Shown: positions 1 to 9,349, numbered from the stretch's first letter. The stretch is DNA of 64,000 nucleotides from Candidatus Poseidoniales archaeon (GCA_028283505.1 JAPOFX010000002.1:100855-164854), one strand, 5' to 3'. A program made the numbers and translations. Notes: generated by a model not told the origin, from the letters alone.

Positions 1-518
1 AGCCCTTCCTTGTCTCCAAGTGGAAGCTACCCGGCGAGAGTACCCTTCCAGACGGTACTTCACATCCTCACCACTACATACCAGGAGGATATATTTTCAG
101 CCCACACAATGGGGATACTGGACTGAGTGGGCACGTTTACTGGACCCACTACCATGCTGGAATATGGATTACAGATCATGGCCATATCTGGGACGAGTTG
201 GTCTGGGAAAATGGCTTTCCAGAGCCAGAGCGAGGTTTCCAGGGAATCTCTGAATTGGCACCATCGCACACCTTGGGATATTACTTGCCTGCAGGCCCAT
301 ATTGGATCGAAGACCCAGCAACTGAGTTGGGATATGACATGGCTGACTGTTGGGCTTCTTGCATGATTCCTTTTGATTGGGGACTTCAATACGATCCACG
401 GGGTTTCGTCTTTATCTCGGAGATGGTTTCAGGCGTGTATGTGGTACAGTTCGACGAGGATCACGACGCTAGATATGATTACCCCCCACTGTGGACAGCG
501 GAGGCAAGTGACCAATGA
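1..518 (+). CDS. 3' part of a gene entering from the left edge; secreted beta-propeller-like (LVIVD-repeat-like) protein, C-terminal portion
   Basis: Frame 3 is open from nt 3 to TGA 516-518. Translation ...SPHNGDTGLSGHVYWTHYHAGIWITD... and ...GFVFISEMVSGVYVVQF... looks like propeller blades. The ORF track shows only the piece after an internal start (198..518). Confidence 0.5.
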   Translation, partial: PFLVSKWKLPGESTLPDGTSHPHHYIPGGYIFSPHNGDTGLSGHVYWTHYHAGIWITDHGHIWDELVWENGFPEPERGFQGISELAPSHTLGYYLPAGPYWIEDPATELGYDMADCWASCMIPFDWGLQYDPRGFVFISEMVSGVYVVQFDEDHDARYDYPPLWTAEASDQ

Positions 519-1045
519 AGATGTCTCGAAGGGGAACCGTCGCATTTCTTATGCTGATTGTCCTAACGTCGCCTACAGTTTCCGCCCATGGTGCTAACTC
601 TTACGCGTTCATAATGCGAGAGGGGTCGATTCAACCGGGATCTGCCGAAGTGGTACAAAATGACACCCTAATATTCTACAATGTAGCGAGTCAGAATAGG
701 ACTATTATCCTAGACGGGGACTCCGATAACACTACTGAGTACGAATGCATTACTTCTAGCATGAACTCGTCGAGTACAGATGATGAGTGCAGGCTTTGGC
801 TTGATCCTCAAAACTGGTCTGCTGGGAACTATCAAATCGAGATTTTTTCAAATTCTAGCCTATGGAATGTACTCAATTTTACTTTATTGGAGGACATCCA
901 CAATGAGTCTGGCCCCCCTCTCGGATACTCTTTCGGAGGCGTTGAAAATGATGTAAAATCCGAAGCAGCTGCGACCTCATACATGGCTCCACTAGGGTTA
1001 ATTGCCGTTATCGCAATCTTAGCCATGGTCATCAGGAGGAAATAA
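515..1045 (+). CDS. small secreted surface protein with signal peptide, 8 N-glycosylation sequons and a C-terminal TM helix + RRK tail
   Basis: ATG overlaps the upstream TGA (ATGA). N-terminal MKMSRRGTVAFLMLIVLTSPTVSAHG signal. NxS/T sequons NDT, NRT, NTT, NSS, NWS, NSS, NFT, NES. C-terminus APLGLIAVIAILAMVIRRK. Confidence 0.65.
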   Translation: MKMSRRGTVAFLMLIVLTSPTVSAHGANSYAFIMREGSIQPGSAEVVQNDTLIFYNVASQNRTIILDGDSDNTTEYECITSSMNSSSTDDECRLWLDPQNWSAGNYQIEIFSNSSLWNVLNFTLLEDIHNESGPPLGYSFGGVENDVKSEAAATSYMAPLGLIAVIAILAMVIRRK

Positions 1046-1046
1046 T

Positions 1047-1778
1047 ATGAAAAAGGAAATCGCTCTTTTTCTGGTATTGACTTTGCTAGTGCCGGGTTGC
1101 ATGGGGGATTCTGAACCCGATATATTCTATGGAGAAGACATCAGCCCCCCAGTTCCAGTCAGTGATTTCATACTTACAGATCAAAATGGAGATCCTTTCC
1201 AACTCTCTGAGTTTGAAGGAAAGGTAGTTGTGGTCACGTTCCTATTCACGAGATGTCCAGACATTTGCCCGATAGTAAGTGCGAATCTTGACTACCTCTC
1301 CAACATGCTCGGGGATGACTATGGGGATTCAGTGGAGATACTGACTATAACAGTTGATCCATGGACAGACAATAGCTCTGTATTGCACAATTACAGTGAA
1401 CAGAGGGGGCTCCATTGGCCCCATCTCACCGGTTCTGTGGAAGACCTAGAGGGAGTTTGGCTAGAATTCGATGTTGGACTCCAGACATACTCCATCGATT
1501 CAGATGGAGATGGGGTTTCGGATGGATTCGATACATGTCTCGAAACCCCTGAAGGGGAAGAAGTGGATAGTAATGGATGTGGACTTGAAACGCAGCAGGA
1601 AGATGATGGAGGGGATGTTACTGTGAAACATCATCCACTAGACTACTGGGTCGATCACACCACTGGGACCATCATATTGGATAAGCAACTTAGGCAGAGA
1701 GTTTGGTGGGGGGACACCGACTGGAATGTAGAGCTTGCAATGGAGGACATCAAGATTCTAATTTCGGAGGAGGAGTGA
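1047..1778 (+). CDS. SCO1/SenC-family copper chaperone (thioredoxin fold), lipoprotein, with a thrombospondin type-3-like Ca-binding insert
   Basis: Lipobox LLVPGC; CxxxC motif FLFTRCPDICP; distal VDHTTGTIILD segment; insert DSDGDGVSDGFDTC matches the TSP3 DxDxDGxxDxxDxC pattern. Confidence 0.85.
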   Translation: MKKEIALFLVLTLLVPGCMGDSEPDIFYGEDISPPVPVSDFILTDQNGDPFQLSEFEGKVVVVTFLFTRCPDICPIVSANLDYLSNMLGDDYGDSVEILTITVDPWTDNSSVLHNYSEQRGLHWPHLTGSVEDLEGVWLEFDVGLQTYSIDSDGDGVSDGFDTCLETPEGEEVDSNGCGLETQQEDDGGDVTVKHHPLDYWVDHTTGTIILDKQLRQRVWWGDTDWNVELAMEDIKILISEEE

Positions 1779-1780
1779 GG

Positions 1781-2875
1781 ATGAGAGCGAGTGTTTTTCT
1801 CGTTGGGTTCCTGCTCATCTCATCTGGGTGTCTAGGGCAGGGAGATGACTTAGAATTCCTTGGGATAGAGTATAGAGACCCTCCGGAAGCCCCAGATTTC
1901 ACACTATTTGATCAGAACGGAGATGTCTTCGAGCTGAGTGATCACGAAGGCAAGGTAATCGCGGTAGCCTTTGTATACACATCTTGCCCCGATATCTGCT
2001 TGATAATCTCCTCAAATCTAGATTATGTTTACGACAATCTAGGATACAGATCTGAGGAGGTACTCATCTTGTCTGTGACTATTGACCCTGCCAGAGATAC
2101 CATAAATCACTTATCGGAATGGACTGAAAATAGGGGCTATGAATGGCCTCACCTAACAGGACCTGCATCTGAGCTACAGCGGATATACCGTTCTTGGAAC
2201 GTAATCATCGACAACGAGCATATCGAGGCAAGCCAGCCCCCAGAGGAGAACCTGAATCGTTTGGTGGTTCTCTATCCTGACAACACCAGCTCGGTAATCG
2301 ACAGAGGGGGTTTCGGGATGATTGGATCCGAATTCATATCCGATTCATTCAACGTATCGGGTCTGTCATTTGATATTACTGATGGTCCGGTCAGTGAGGG
2401 GACTATTGGAGGGTGGAGTACAGATGGTAATTGGACTTGGTCCCTACATTCCTGGGACCCGGTGAATGAGAGTTGGATTCAGTCACAATCTCCGAGCTCA
2501 TCGATTGAGATTGAAAGTAATACCCACCTTGCGTGGGTAGCCAGTGATGCTAATCTTAGTCTGGCACCACCGGGATTCGATTGCAATGGTCATGGATGGG
2601 TCATGGGATCTGGAAGTAACGCTCATTGCATGTGTGATGAGGGTTATGAGAGGCCTGATGGTGATTGGCTTTCTTGCATGATTGAAGACTCTTCGGATCC
2701 AGAGGATGCCAGTGCGACGGACCCGCATGATGCATCCCTGGGAGAATATGAGGTTGGCCATTCGACTACAACCTTCATTGTCGGGAAAGAGATGAGGAAG
2801 AGGGTGGCTTATTCCGGAATACACTGGGATGCTGATGATTTCCTCCAAGACGTGATTACCTTGGTTGATGAGTGA
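1781..2875 (+). CDS. second SCO1/SenC-family protein, lipoprotein, with a ~170-aa insert containing an EGF-like Cys-rich module
   Basis: ATG 1781 lies 2 nt after the upstream stop and is preceded by GAGGAGGAG. Lipobox LISSGC; CxxxC FVYTSCPDICL; HCMCDEGYERPDGDWLSC; distal EVGHSTTTFIVG. The track's 1703 start would overlap the previous gene by 76 nt. Confidence 0.8.
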   Translation: MRASVFLVGFLLISSGCLGQGDDLEFLGIEYRDPPEAPDFTLFDQNGDVFELSDHEGKVIAVAFVYTSCPDICLIISSNLDYVYDNLGYRSEEVLILSVTIDPARDTINHLSEWTENRGYEWPHLTGPASELQRIYRSWNVIIDNEHIEASQPPEENLNRLVVLYPDNTSSVIDRGGFGMIGSEFISDSFNVSGLSFDITDGPVSEGTIGGWSTDGNWTWSLHSWDPVNESWIQSQSPSSSIEIESNTHLAWVASDANLSLAPPGFDCNGHGWVMGSGSNAHCMCDEGYERPDGDWLSCMIEDSSDPEDASATDPHDASLGEYEVGHSTTTFIVGKEMRKRVAYSGIHWDADDFLQDVITLVDE

Positions 2876-2890
2876 TACGGCTAATTTGTA

Positions 2891-2898
2891 TTTTTTTT
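2891..2898 (+). terminator. oligo-T tract (T8) downstream of the SCO1 pair, candidate archaeal terminator
   Basis: tttttttt begins 16 nt after the stop at 2875. Archaeal RNAP terminates at T-runs. Confidence 0.3.
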
Positions 2899-2922
2899 CC
2901 GCCCCCTCACTATTCAAATTAT

Positions 2923-3720
2923 ATGCTATTGCCAGCTACTGGTGACATGGCGGGAGACAATGAGACTGCCAGGTCGCTATTCTTGGCGGCATTGATGGTC
3001 ACAAGCGTCATGACTGGAATCTTATTTTTTGACATTGAAAAAGAGGGAGTAAATGCGCCACCTCTGATTGAGTCTGATGTTGCTGATTCTTTCATTATTG
3101 GACAAATTAGCATGATAAATATCACAATATCGGATGAGGAGCGAGGTGGACTTGCTGTATTAATAACCCTAAATGGCGAAGAAATTCCGGAGGAATTGGA
3201 CGAGGAAGGAGCGGTTGGAATAGATATATCCACGCTCGAGGTGGGGCCACATGAGCTGGTCGCAGTCGCGACTGACAGCTTGGGCCAGGAGACGGTATGG
3301 AGGAAGGTTTTCTCCGTTAACTATCCAGAGGAAAGTGAAACATTAGTAGTCTTAGGTGTTGATGCTTTTGAGATTCCAAAGGGTGAAACAGCTCCCATCA
3401 CTGGATATGTGATTCATGACAGTATTGATTCTTGTTCACTAAGGTGGTCAACAGGAGACATTGCCCAATCCAGCCTGGGTCTACCTGTGGACGAAAATGG
3501 AACATTTGACTTGAGCCTCTCGAATGTTCAGGAGAATACCACGGTTTCCATTGAGGCGACTTGCGGGGTCTGGACTGAGTCGTCGATGACTGTCTATGCT
3601 TCCATCAACATTAAAGAGGACGAAGGGGAAAAAAGGGGCTGCACTGATTCATCTGCAAATAACTACGATGAGAACGCAAATGAAGACGATGGTTCTTGTG
3701 AGTATGATTCTCAATCTTGA
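2923..3720 (+). CDS. membrane-anchored (N-terminal TM) acidic surface protein with Ig-like region and a C-terminal Cys-bracketed motif
   Basis: TM SLFLAALMVTSVMTGILFF; C-terminus GCTDSSANNYDENANEDDGSCEY. The start is uncertain: GTG 2872, ATG 2923 or ATG 2947. Confidence 0.6.
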   Translation: MLLPATGDMAGDNETARSLFLAALMVTSVMTGILFFDIEKEGVNAPPLIESDVADSFIIGQISMINITISDEERGGLAVLITLNGEEIPEELDEEGAVGIDISTLEVGPHELVAVATDSLGQETVWRKVFSVNYPEESETLVVLGVDAFEIPKGETAPITGYVIHDSIDSCSLRWSTGDIAQSSLGLPVDENGTFDLSLSNVQENTTVSIEATCGVWTESSMTVYASINIKEDEGEKRGCTDSSANNYDENANEDDGSCEYDSQS

Positions 3721-3724
3721 CAGC

Positions 3725-5224
3725 TTAGAGTATTGGCATGCGGGCAAGCTTCTCCAGATCCGGCTGATACAATTGCCTTATGTCATCAAGGCCGAGAACA
3801 AGCATTGCCAATCTCTCTAGGCCCATACCCCACGCGCAGACCGGCCATTCGGTTCCGAGTGGTTCTGTGACCTCTGGACGGAATATTCCCGCTCCACCAA
3901 GCTCTAGCCATTCCCCCCTCCATAGAATATCCACCTCTACACTAGGTTCGGTGTAGGGGAAGTAGGCGGGCCTGACCCTAACATTATCATATCCCATCTT
4001 GGAGTAGAATGTCTTTAGAGTGCTGATAAGCATAGGCAGGTTGGCGTTTTCCTCATGGATGATGCCCTCAATTTGGTGAAACTCTGGAAGATGAGTTCTA
4101 TCGATGGTCTCCTGCCTGAAAACCCTGCCAATGCCAAAAACCCTGGAAGGCGCATTTGGATTTTCTGCTATGTGCTTGACAGTGTTGACTGTTGTATGTG
4201 TCCTGAGCAAACCCTTCTGGGCCTCATCCTCATCGAAATTGCCACCCCACCCTCTGCTTCCTGTATCATGGCCGTGTTCGTGAACCTTGGACCACAAATC
4301 TAGGTATCTTTCATCGACATCGACTCTTTCTGGACTAGAAAGGTAAAACGTATCCTGCATTGTTCTCGCAGGGTGTGATTGGGGTATGTAGAGGGCATCC
4401 ATATTCCACCCGGCTGATTGTACAAAGTTTCCTTCAATTTCCGAGAATCCCATTTCAAGAAATACTTTCCTAATTCTCTCAATTAGAGCTTGCATCGGAT
4501 GCGGTCTCCCACCTGTTGGGGTTTTCGTGGGCGCGTTGACATCAAAATGCTTGAATTTGAGTCCCTTCCATACGTCTCCCTGTAACAATTCAGGCGTCAA
4601 TTCCCCTACCATTTCAACATGAGACAAAACACTCTCATCAATGGAGGCTCCTTTATCCGTCAGTTTCCATGTTCTTGAGATCCTCTCCTCGATGGCGATT
4701 AGTCCTTTTCTTCCTGAGAAATGTTCTATTAATTCTTGATCTAAATCCATTGAGTCAATAGAATCAGATGAGATTGATGAAATGAATTCCATCCTTTTGG
4801 AAATTATGGAGGATATCCTATCCTCATCGTTGGAAACTAACTTCCCAGAATCGAGACTTACGCCAATAGACTTCAAAAGGCCAATCCCCGGTCCTGCTTC
4901 ATCCCTATCGAAGCCATACTTGAAGAGATTCTGCATAGTCCTTCCTTCTATCTCTGAGTCTAGATACCAATTCCATATCCTCTCTTCCAAGAGTCCGGAT
5001 TCAAGTGCCTTCTTTCCTTCCGAATCAAGTGAAATGAGCTTGATGTGGTTTTCTGTGACTGTAACAAGACCTGATTCGGAAAGAGATTTCCCAGACCCTG
5101 CAACATGGACTTGATCGTTCCATCCAGTAAGGTCTAGAAGCTGTTGAATGTCCCATTCTCTTCCAGAATCTGTAAGCATTGCTTTCAGCATGGCCTTATC
5201 GTTGTTACTCAACTCCGCGACCAT
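3725..5224 (-). CDS. pheS: phenylalanine--tRNA ligase alpha subunit (archaeal type)
   Basis: Class II motifs FRQETIDRTHLPEFHQIEG and GGAGIFRPEV; length 499 aa; ATG start. Confidence 0.93.
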   Translation of the reverse strand: MVAELSNNDKAMLKAMLTDSGREWDIQQLLDLTGWNDQVHVAGSGKSLSESGLVTVTENHIKLISLDSEGKKALESGLLEERIWNWYLDSEIEGRTMQNLFKYGFDRDEAGPGIGLLKSIGVSLDSGKLVSNDEDRISSIISKRMEFISSISSDSIDSMDLDQELIEHFSGRKGLIAIEERISRTWKLTDKGASIDESVLSHVEMVGELTPELLQGDVWKGLKFKHFDVNAPTKTPTGGRPHPMQALIERIRKVFLEMGFSEIEGNFVQSAGWNMDALYIPQSHPARTMQDTFYLSSPERVDVDERYLDLWSKVHEHGHDTGSRGWGGNFDEDEAQKGLLRTHTTVNTVKHIAENPNAPSRVFGIGRVFRQETIDRTHLPEFHQIEGIIHEENANLPMLISTLKTFYSKMGYDNVRVRPAYFPYTEPSVEVDILWRGEWLELGGAGIFRPEVTEPLGTEWPVCAWGMGLERLAMLVLGLDDIRQLYQPDLEKLARMPIL

Positions 5225-5268
5225 GGCCTACTCCAAGGGGCTATCCCACTTGAGATTGCCGTGGAACA

Positions 5269-5670
5269 TCATTCTTCCTCCCACAAATCAATTTCACATA
5301 TTTCGCAACTGTAAATACTTGGCCGGGGGCCATCAATCATCTCCAGATTACCGCATCTTCCACACAAAATAGTGGTCTTTATCGGAGGAATAAGAGTTGT
5401 ATCGACCCTGTACATTGGGCCTCCAGCATCAGGAAGTAAATCGCCTTCTGGAGACCATGCACGAATCTCCTCGATACTTAATCCATCGCCATTAGTCATT
5501 CCAATGGCGGCCATGAGTAAGACAATACCAGATATGGAAATAGGTGTGGCTATTGCGAAAGATAATCCAGAGGCGCCTGAGCCCAAGATTACTCCGCTGC
5601 CTATAACGATACAGATCCATCCTGATATCGCAAGATTTACCCTTTTGTTCCCTCGGCTCGACGAATCCAT
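5269..5670 (-). CDS. small membrane protein with C-terminal zinc ribbon
   Basis: Two hydrophobic helices (ISGWICIVIGSGVILG, ISISGIVLLMAAIG), then CGRCG...CEIC. Confidence 0.55.
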   Translation of the reverse strand: MDSSSRGNKRVNLAISGWICIVIGSGVILGSGASGLSFAIATPISISGIVLLMAAIGMTNGDGLSIEEIRAWSPEGDLLPDAGGPMYRVDTTLIPPIKTTILCGRCGNLEMIDGPRPSIYSCEICEIDLWEEE

Positions 5671-5753
5671 GGTTCTGCTAGGAGCCCCTATACATCAAAG
5701 TCGCCTATAATCGCCTATAGGTTTCAAAAGTGGTTTGCCCTCCAAGGGGTGCC

Positions 5754-5830
<77 letters not shown>

Positions 5831-5871
5831 AAATACGTCAAGGTCAAAGAGCGGAGGCTAGACGGCATTGC

Positions 5872-6747
5872 ATGGTTGCGACAGTAATCGACGGGAGAGA
5901 AATAGCCCGAGGAATAGAGGACGACCTCAGAATTAGAGTAGAGAGTCTTTTACATTCTGGAGTAACCCCGTGTCTGGCTGTCGTTATTGTTGGGGATGAC
6001 CCTGCTTCTCACGTTTACGTCAGGGCTAAGGAACGTGCATGCGCGCGATTGGGAATCAATAGCGTCCGCGTTGACATTCCATCGGATGCGGAATACGAAG
6101 AAGTTGTTACCGTAGTAAGGCGACTCAATCAAGACCCGGAGGTGAATGGGATACTTGTCCAATCTCCCCTTCCAGATGGGATGGATGAAATAGCAATTAC
6201 AGACTTGATTGATCCGAATAAAGATGTGGACGGATTCCATGCCCAGAATCTGGGTCGTCTGGTACAAGGCGATACTAGCGGGTTGTTGCCATGCACTCCA
6301 GCGGGCGTGATGCGTATGCTGGAGTCCGTAGATGTTGACCTAAGGGGAAAAAGAGCAGTCGTAATTGGACGCAGTAGAATCGTTGGCATGCCACAATCAA
6401 TTCTGTTATCTCAGAGAGGGGTTGACGCCACCGTTACCATAGCCCATTCCAGAACAATCGACATGGCCTCCTTGTGCAGAGGGGCCGATGTGATAATCGC
6501 GGCAGTGGGAATCTCAAATATGGTAAGGAGCGACTGGGTCAAGCCAGGATCAACAGTAATTGATGTTGGTGTGAACCGGGTGAATGATGATTCTGAGAAG
6601 GGGTACCACCTGACTGGCGATGTTCATCCAGAAGTTGGAGCGGTCGCGGGAGCACTATCTCCCGTCCCTGGGGGTGTCGGACCAATGACAATTGCAATGC
6701 TAATGACAAACACCATTAGAGCTACTGAGATTCAACATGAAACATAG
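5872..6747 (+). CDS. folD: bifunctional methylenetetrahydrofolate dehydrogenase/methenyl-THF cyclohydrolase
   Basis: VGDDPASHVYVRAKERAC, PLP...DVDGFH, VIGRSRIVGMP and PGGVGPMT motifs; 291 aa. Confidence 0.93.
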   Translation: MVATVIDGREIARGIEDDLRIRVESLLHSGVTPCLAVVIVGDDPASHVYVRAKERACARLGINSVRVDIPSDAEYEEVVTVVRRLNQDPEVNGILVQSPLPDGMDEIAITDLIDPNKDVDGFHAQNLGRLVQGDTSGLLPCTPAGVMRMLESVDVDLRGKRAVVIGRSRIVGMPQSILLSQRGVDATVTIAHSRTIDMASLCRGADVIIAAVGISNMVRSDWVKPGSTVIDVGVNRVNDDSEKGYHLTGDVHPEVGAVAGALSPVPGGVGPMTIAMLMTNTIRATEIQHET

Positions 6748-6754
6748 CAAATTT

Positions 6755-7069
6755 TCAGAAAATTCCCATGTCAATCAATGCGTCCTCTGAGGCGTGTTTC
6801 CTAGGGTCCCACAATGGAGTGAAGGTCAAATTGACATGTGCACTGAGAACTCCTTCAGTCTGCTCAGTTGCCCTGTGAACAGCGGCCATAAGCTCGGGGG
6901 CTATTGGGCACCCGGGGCTTGTCAGGGTCATGTCGACCTCCACGTGAATGCCGCCCTCTCTTTGCTCTTCTTTTATCCCATAGATTAATCCTAACTCGAT
7001 TACCGAGATTTTCATCTCTGGGTCCTCTACGGACCTGAGCGATTCCCTTACCTTAGACTCCACAGACAT
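6755..7069 (-). CDS. DUF59/MIP18-family Fe-S cluster assembly protein (SufT-like)
   Basis: VEDPEMKISVIELGLIY...MTLTSPGCPIAPEL, the typical DUF59 core. Adjacent to sufE/sufS. Confidence 0.85.
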   Translation of the reverse strand: MSVESKVRESLRSVEDPEMKISVIELGLIYGIKEEQREGGIHVEVDMTLTSPGCPIAPELMAAVHRATEQTEGVLSAHVNLTFTPLWDPRKHASEDALIDMGIF

Positions 7070-7073
7070 ACTA

Positions 7074-7502
7074 TCACATCAAAGAAGAAGCCTCGTCCTT
7101 GACCTTCTTCACCATGTTCATGAAACCATTGGCCCTGCTCGGAGTGAGGATTTGACTCAGGCCCATCTCCTCAACGTATGAGGGATCGTGACAGGCTACT
7201 TCCTCAGGAGGAAGTCCATTTACCGCAATTGCCGTGATAGCCATCAGCCCCTGTACAATTTGGGCATCGGCGCCCCCTTTTGCAATGAATCCCCCATCTC
7301 CGTCGAGAAGGCACTCGACATGAGCTCTCGATTGGCAACCGTGGACCATGTTCTCATCATCCCATTCCTCCATGGAAAGAACCGATGGATGCATATTTGC
7401 ATACTCGAAAAGGAGCTCATATCGCTCCATTGTATCGAAACAGGATTGAAATCTATCGACGATATTTTGTATCTCTTCAGACCATCCGCTTTCATCGCCC
7501 AT
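7074..7502 (-). CDS. sufE: SufE-like cysteine desulfuration (sulfur acceptor) protein
   Basis: VHGCQSRAHVE active-Cys motif and GGADAQIVQGL. I prefer ATG 7502; the track start 7562 is TTG and overlaps sufS by 20 nt. Confidence 0.82.
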   Translation of the reverse strand: MGDESGWSEEIQNIVDRFQSCFDTMERYELLFEYANMHPSVLSMEEWDDENMVHGCQSRAHVECLLDGDGGFIAKGGADAQIVQGLMAITAIAVNGLPPEEVACHDPSYVEEMGLSQILTPSRANGFMNMVKKVKDEASSLM

Positions 7503-7542
7503 GACTGGCCGAACGTATGGTAGGATTTCAGAATTCTGGCGG

Positions 7543-8772
7543 CTAGGAGAATCTGGAAACAATAGACTCCAGATGTGAGACGAATGCCTCTGCCTCTTCC
7601 ATAGTGTTGTAAATCCATACAGATGCTCTATTGGTTGACCCGACCCCCATAGCCTCCATCAGAGGTTGAGCGCAATGATGACCAGTCCTAACGGCAAATC
7701 CGCCAGCATCCAAGAGATAACCAAGGTCTTGCGCCTGAATAGTATCATGCAGGAATGAGACAACTCCTATCGCTTCCTCTCTTTCTGGGTATCCGAAAAC
7801 AGTGATTCCTGGAATCTCACGCATTCTGGATGCCATCCAGGATGCTATCCCTTGGACATGTTTGTGTGCCTCTTCAAAATCGACATTCTCCTCGAGCCAG
7901 TCTACAGCAACCCTCCATCCTATTGCCTCGGCCATCCTCGGAGTTCCAGTCTCAAACATTGCATATCCCTCATGGAAAAGGGTATCCTCCAAAGAAACTC
8001 TCTTGACTATAGACCCCCCTGTCAAGAATGGCCCCATCTCCGAAAGTGCCTCCTCGCTTACTAATAGACACCCTATGCCGGTCGGACCAGCCATTTTGTG
8101 TGCTGCCACTGATAGAAAGTCTGCACCTAAATCATCGAATTTGATCTTCTCATGTGGAGCACCTTGAGCACTGTCAATAGCTATTCTGGCGCCCTGTGAG
8201 CGTGCCATTTGAATTACCCTTTCGATATCATTTCTCACACCAAGAACATTACTCACATGCCCTACGCAGACTAGAGATGCCCCCTCGATTGCGATCTCCA
8301 TTGCATCGTAGTCTAGTGTAAATTTCTCGGTATCAACTGGGACATACCTCAATTCAATTCCTCTTTCCTTGGACAATTCTTGCCAAGGAACAATATTTGC
8401 ATGGTGCTCCATTTCTGTGGTAACAACTACATCCCCCTCACTCAGATTATATCTTGCCCAGCCATAAGCCACCAAATTCATTGCTTCTGTGGCACTACCT
8501 GTGTAAATCATTTGATTTTCTGATGTTCCGAAAAATTTCGATATCCTATCTCTGGCACTTTCCAGTGCGGCCGTGGACTCATCGGCCAAGGTGTGGTTAG
8601 CCCTGTGCGCATTGGCGTGATAGTTCTTGTAGAAATCAGACATCGCGTCAATTACCACCAATGGCTTTTGGGAGGTTGCGGCGTTGTCAAAGTAGACTAG
8701 TCTCTTGCCATTTGGTAGAGTCCTCTGGAGTATCGGAAACTGAGAACGAATAGATTCCACATCTAGTGCCAT
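7543..8772 (-). CDS. sufS: cysteine desulfurase, SufS-type (class V aminotransferase)
   Basis: PLP-Lys motif SVAAHKMAGPTGIG and active-site loop RTGHHCAQPL; 409 aa. Confidence 0.93.
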   Translation of the reverse strand: MALDVESIRSQFPILQRTLPNGKRLVYFDNAATSQKPLVVIDAMSDFYKNYHANAHRANHTLADESTAALESARDRISKFFGTSENQMIYTGSATEAMNLVAYGWARYNLSEGDVVVTTEMEHHANIVPWQELSKERGIELRYVPVDTEKFTLDYDAMEIAIEGASLVCVGHVSNVLGVRNDIERVIQMARSQGARIAIDSAQGAPHEKIKFDDLGADFLSVAAHKMAGPTGIGCLLVSEEALSEMGPFLTGGSIVKRVSLEDTLFHEGYAMFETGTPRMAEAIGWRVAVDWLEENVDFEEAHKHVQGIASWMASRMREIPGITVFGYPEREEAIGVVSFLHDTIQAQDLGYLLDAGGFAVRTGHHCAQPLMEAMGVGSTNRASVWIYNTMEEAEAFVSHLESIVSRFS

Positions 8773-8896
8773 GTCACATCCCTATCCCCTGGTCGGGGTT
8801 CAGGCTTTCAATTCGATTGTATGGAAATTTCAATAAATGGTCCAAATTATGTAATTTTTAGAATGACTTTATTTCTCCATACCCAGTTCGGATGTT

Positions 8897-9346
8897 ATGG
8901 CAGATAGTGTAGGACAGGACGTCGTGGAAAAACTCGGGAGTAGGGATTTGAACAATGATGGAGAAATAATCAACCTGGCAATAGTAGGGTCTAGCAGATA
9001 CTACGATTTTGAGAGCTTTGAAAACATAATTGACTCCTGGGTGGGGATAAATGGATATCCAGATCTGGTAATAGTAGGGGGAGCGAGTGGTGTTGACTAC
9101 TTAGCAGAAAGATGGGCAACAAATAGCTCGATACCGATAGCCGTATTCTCTGAGGAATGGGATGACCCAAGGAGAGGCCTCCAAGACAGAGGAAGGCCAG
9201 AGGCCCCGAATTCATTGACAGAGAAAATATTAATCTCATGTAGCCATATCTTGGCAATCCCCTCAACAACTAGCAAGTGGACCAGAGTGGTCATCATGGA
9301 GTCATCCAAGAGGGGAATACCCATTGAAATACATGAAATTAGTTGA
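8897..9346 (+). CDS. SLOG-fold protein (DUF2493/YspA-like)
   Basis: LAIVGSSRYYDFESFENIID...LVIVGGASGVDYLAERWA...IPIAVFSEEWD matches the DUF2493 pattern (Rossmann-like GGxxGxD) as I recall it. Confidence 0.55.
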   Translation: MADSVGQDVVEKLGSRDLNNDGEIINLAIVGSSRYYDFESFENIIDSWVGINGYPDLVIVGGASGVDYLAERWATNSSIPIAVFSEEWDDPRRGLQDRGRPEAPNSLTEKILISCSHILAIPSTTSKWTRVVIMESSKRGIPIEIHEIS

Positions 9347-9349
9347 TTT

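Noticed and set aside
1767-1778. Recurrent C-terminal EEE/EE tails: SCO1-a ISEEE, Zn-ribbon membrane protein LWEEE, DedA LLEEE, TrmI HEEE, TatA TQEE
   Set aside because: For SCO1-a the GAGGAGGAG codons double as an SD-like element for the next, tightly coupled gene. In trmI the GAGGAGG sits only 1 nt from the aspS ATG, so an SD role there is doubtful. The remaining cases fit the generally acidic proteome. I have no evidence for a dedicated signal.
1703-1780. Long-start versions of several genes in the ORF track: SCO1-b from 1703, PolD small subunit from 13770, pstS from 44943, thiB-like from 51448, purA from 55613
   Set aside because: The longest-ORF starts are often TTG/GTG and create large overlaps or implausible N-termini. 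Downstream ATG/GTG starts give canonical N-termini, lipoboxes or SD-like sequences.
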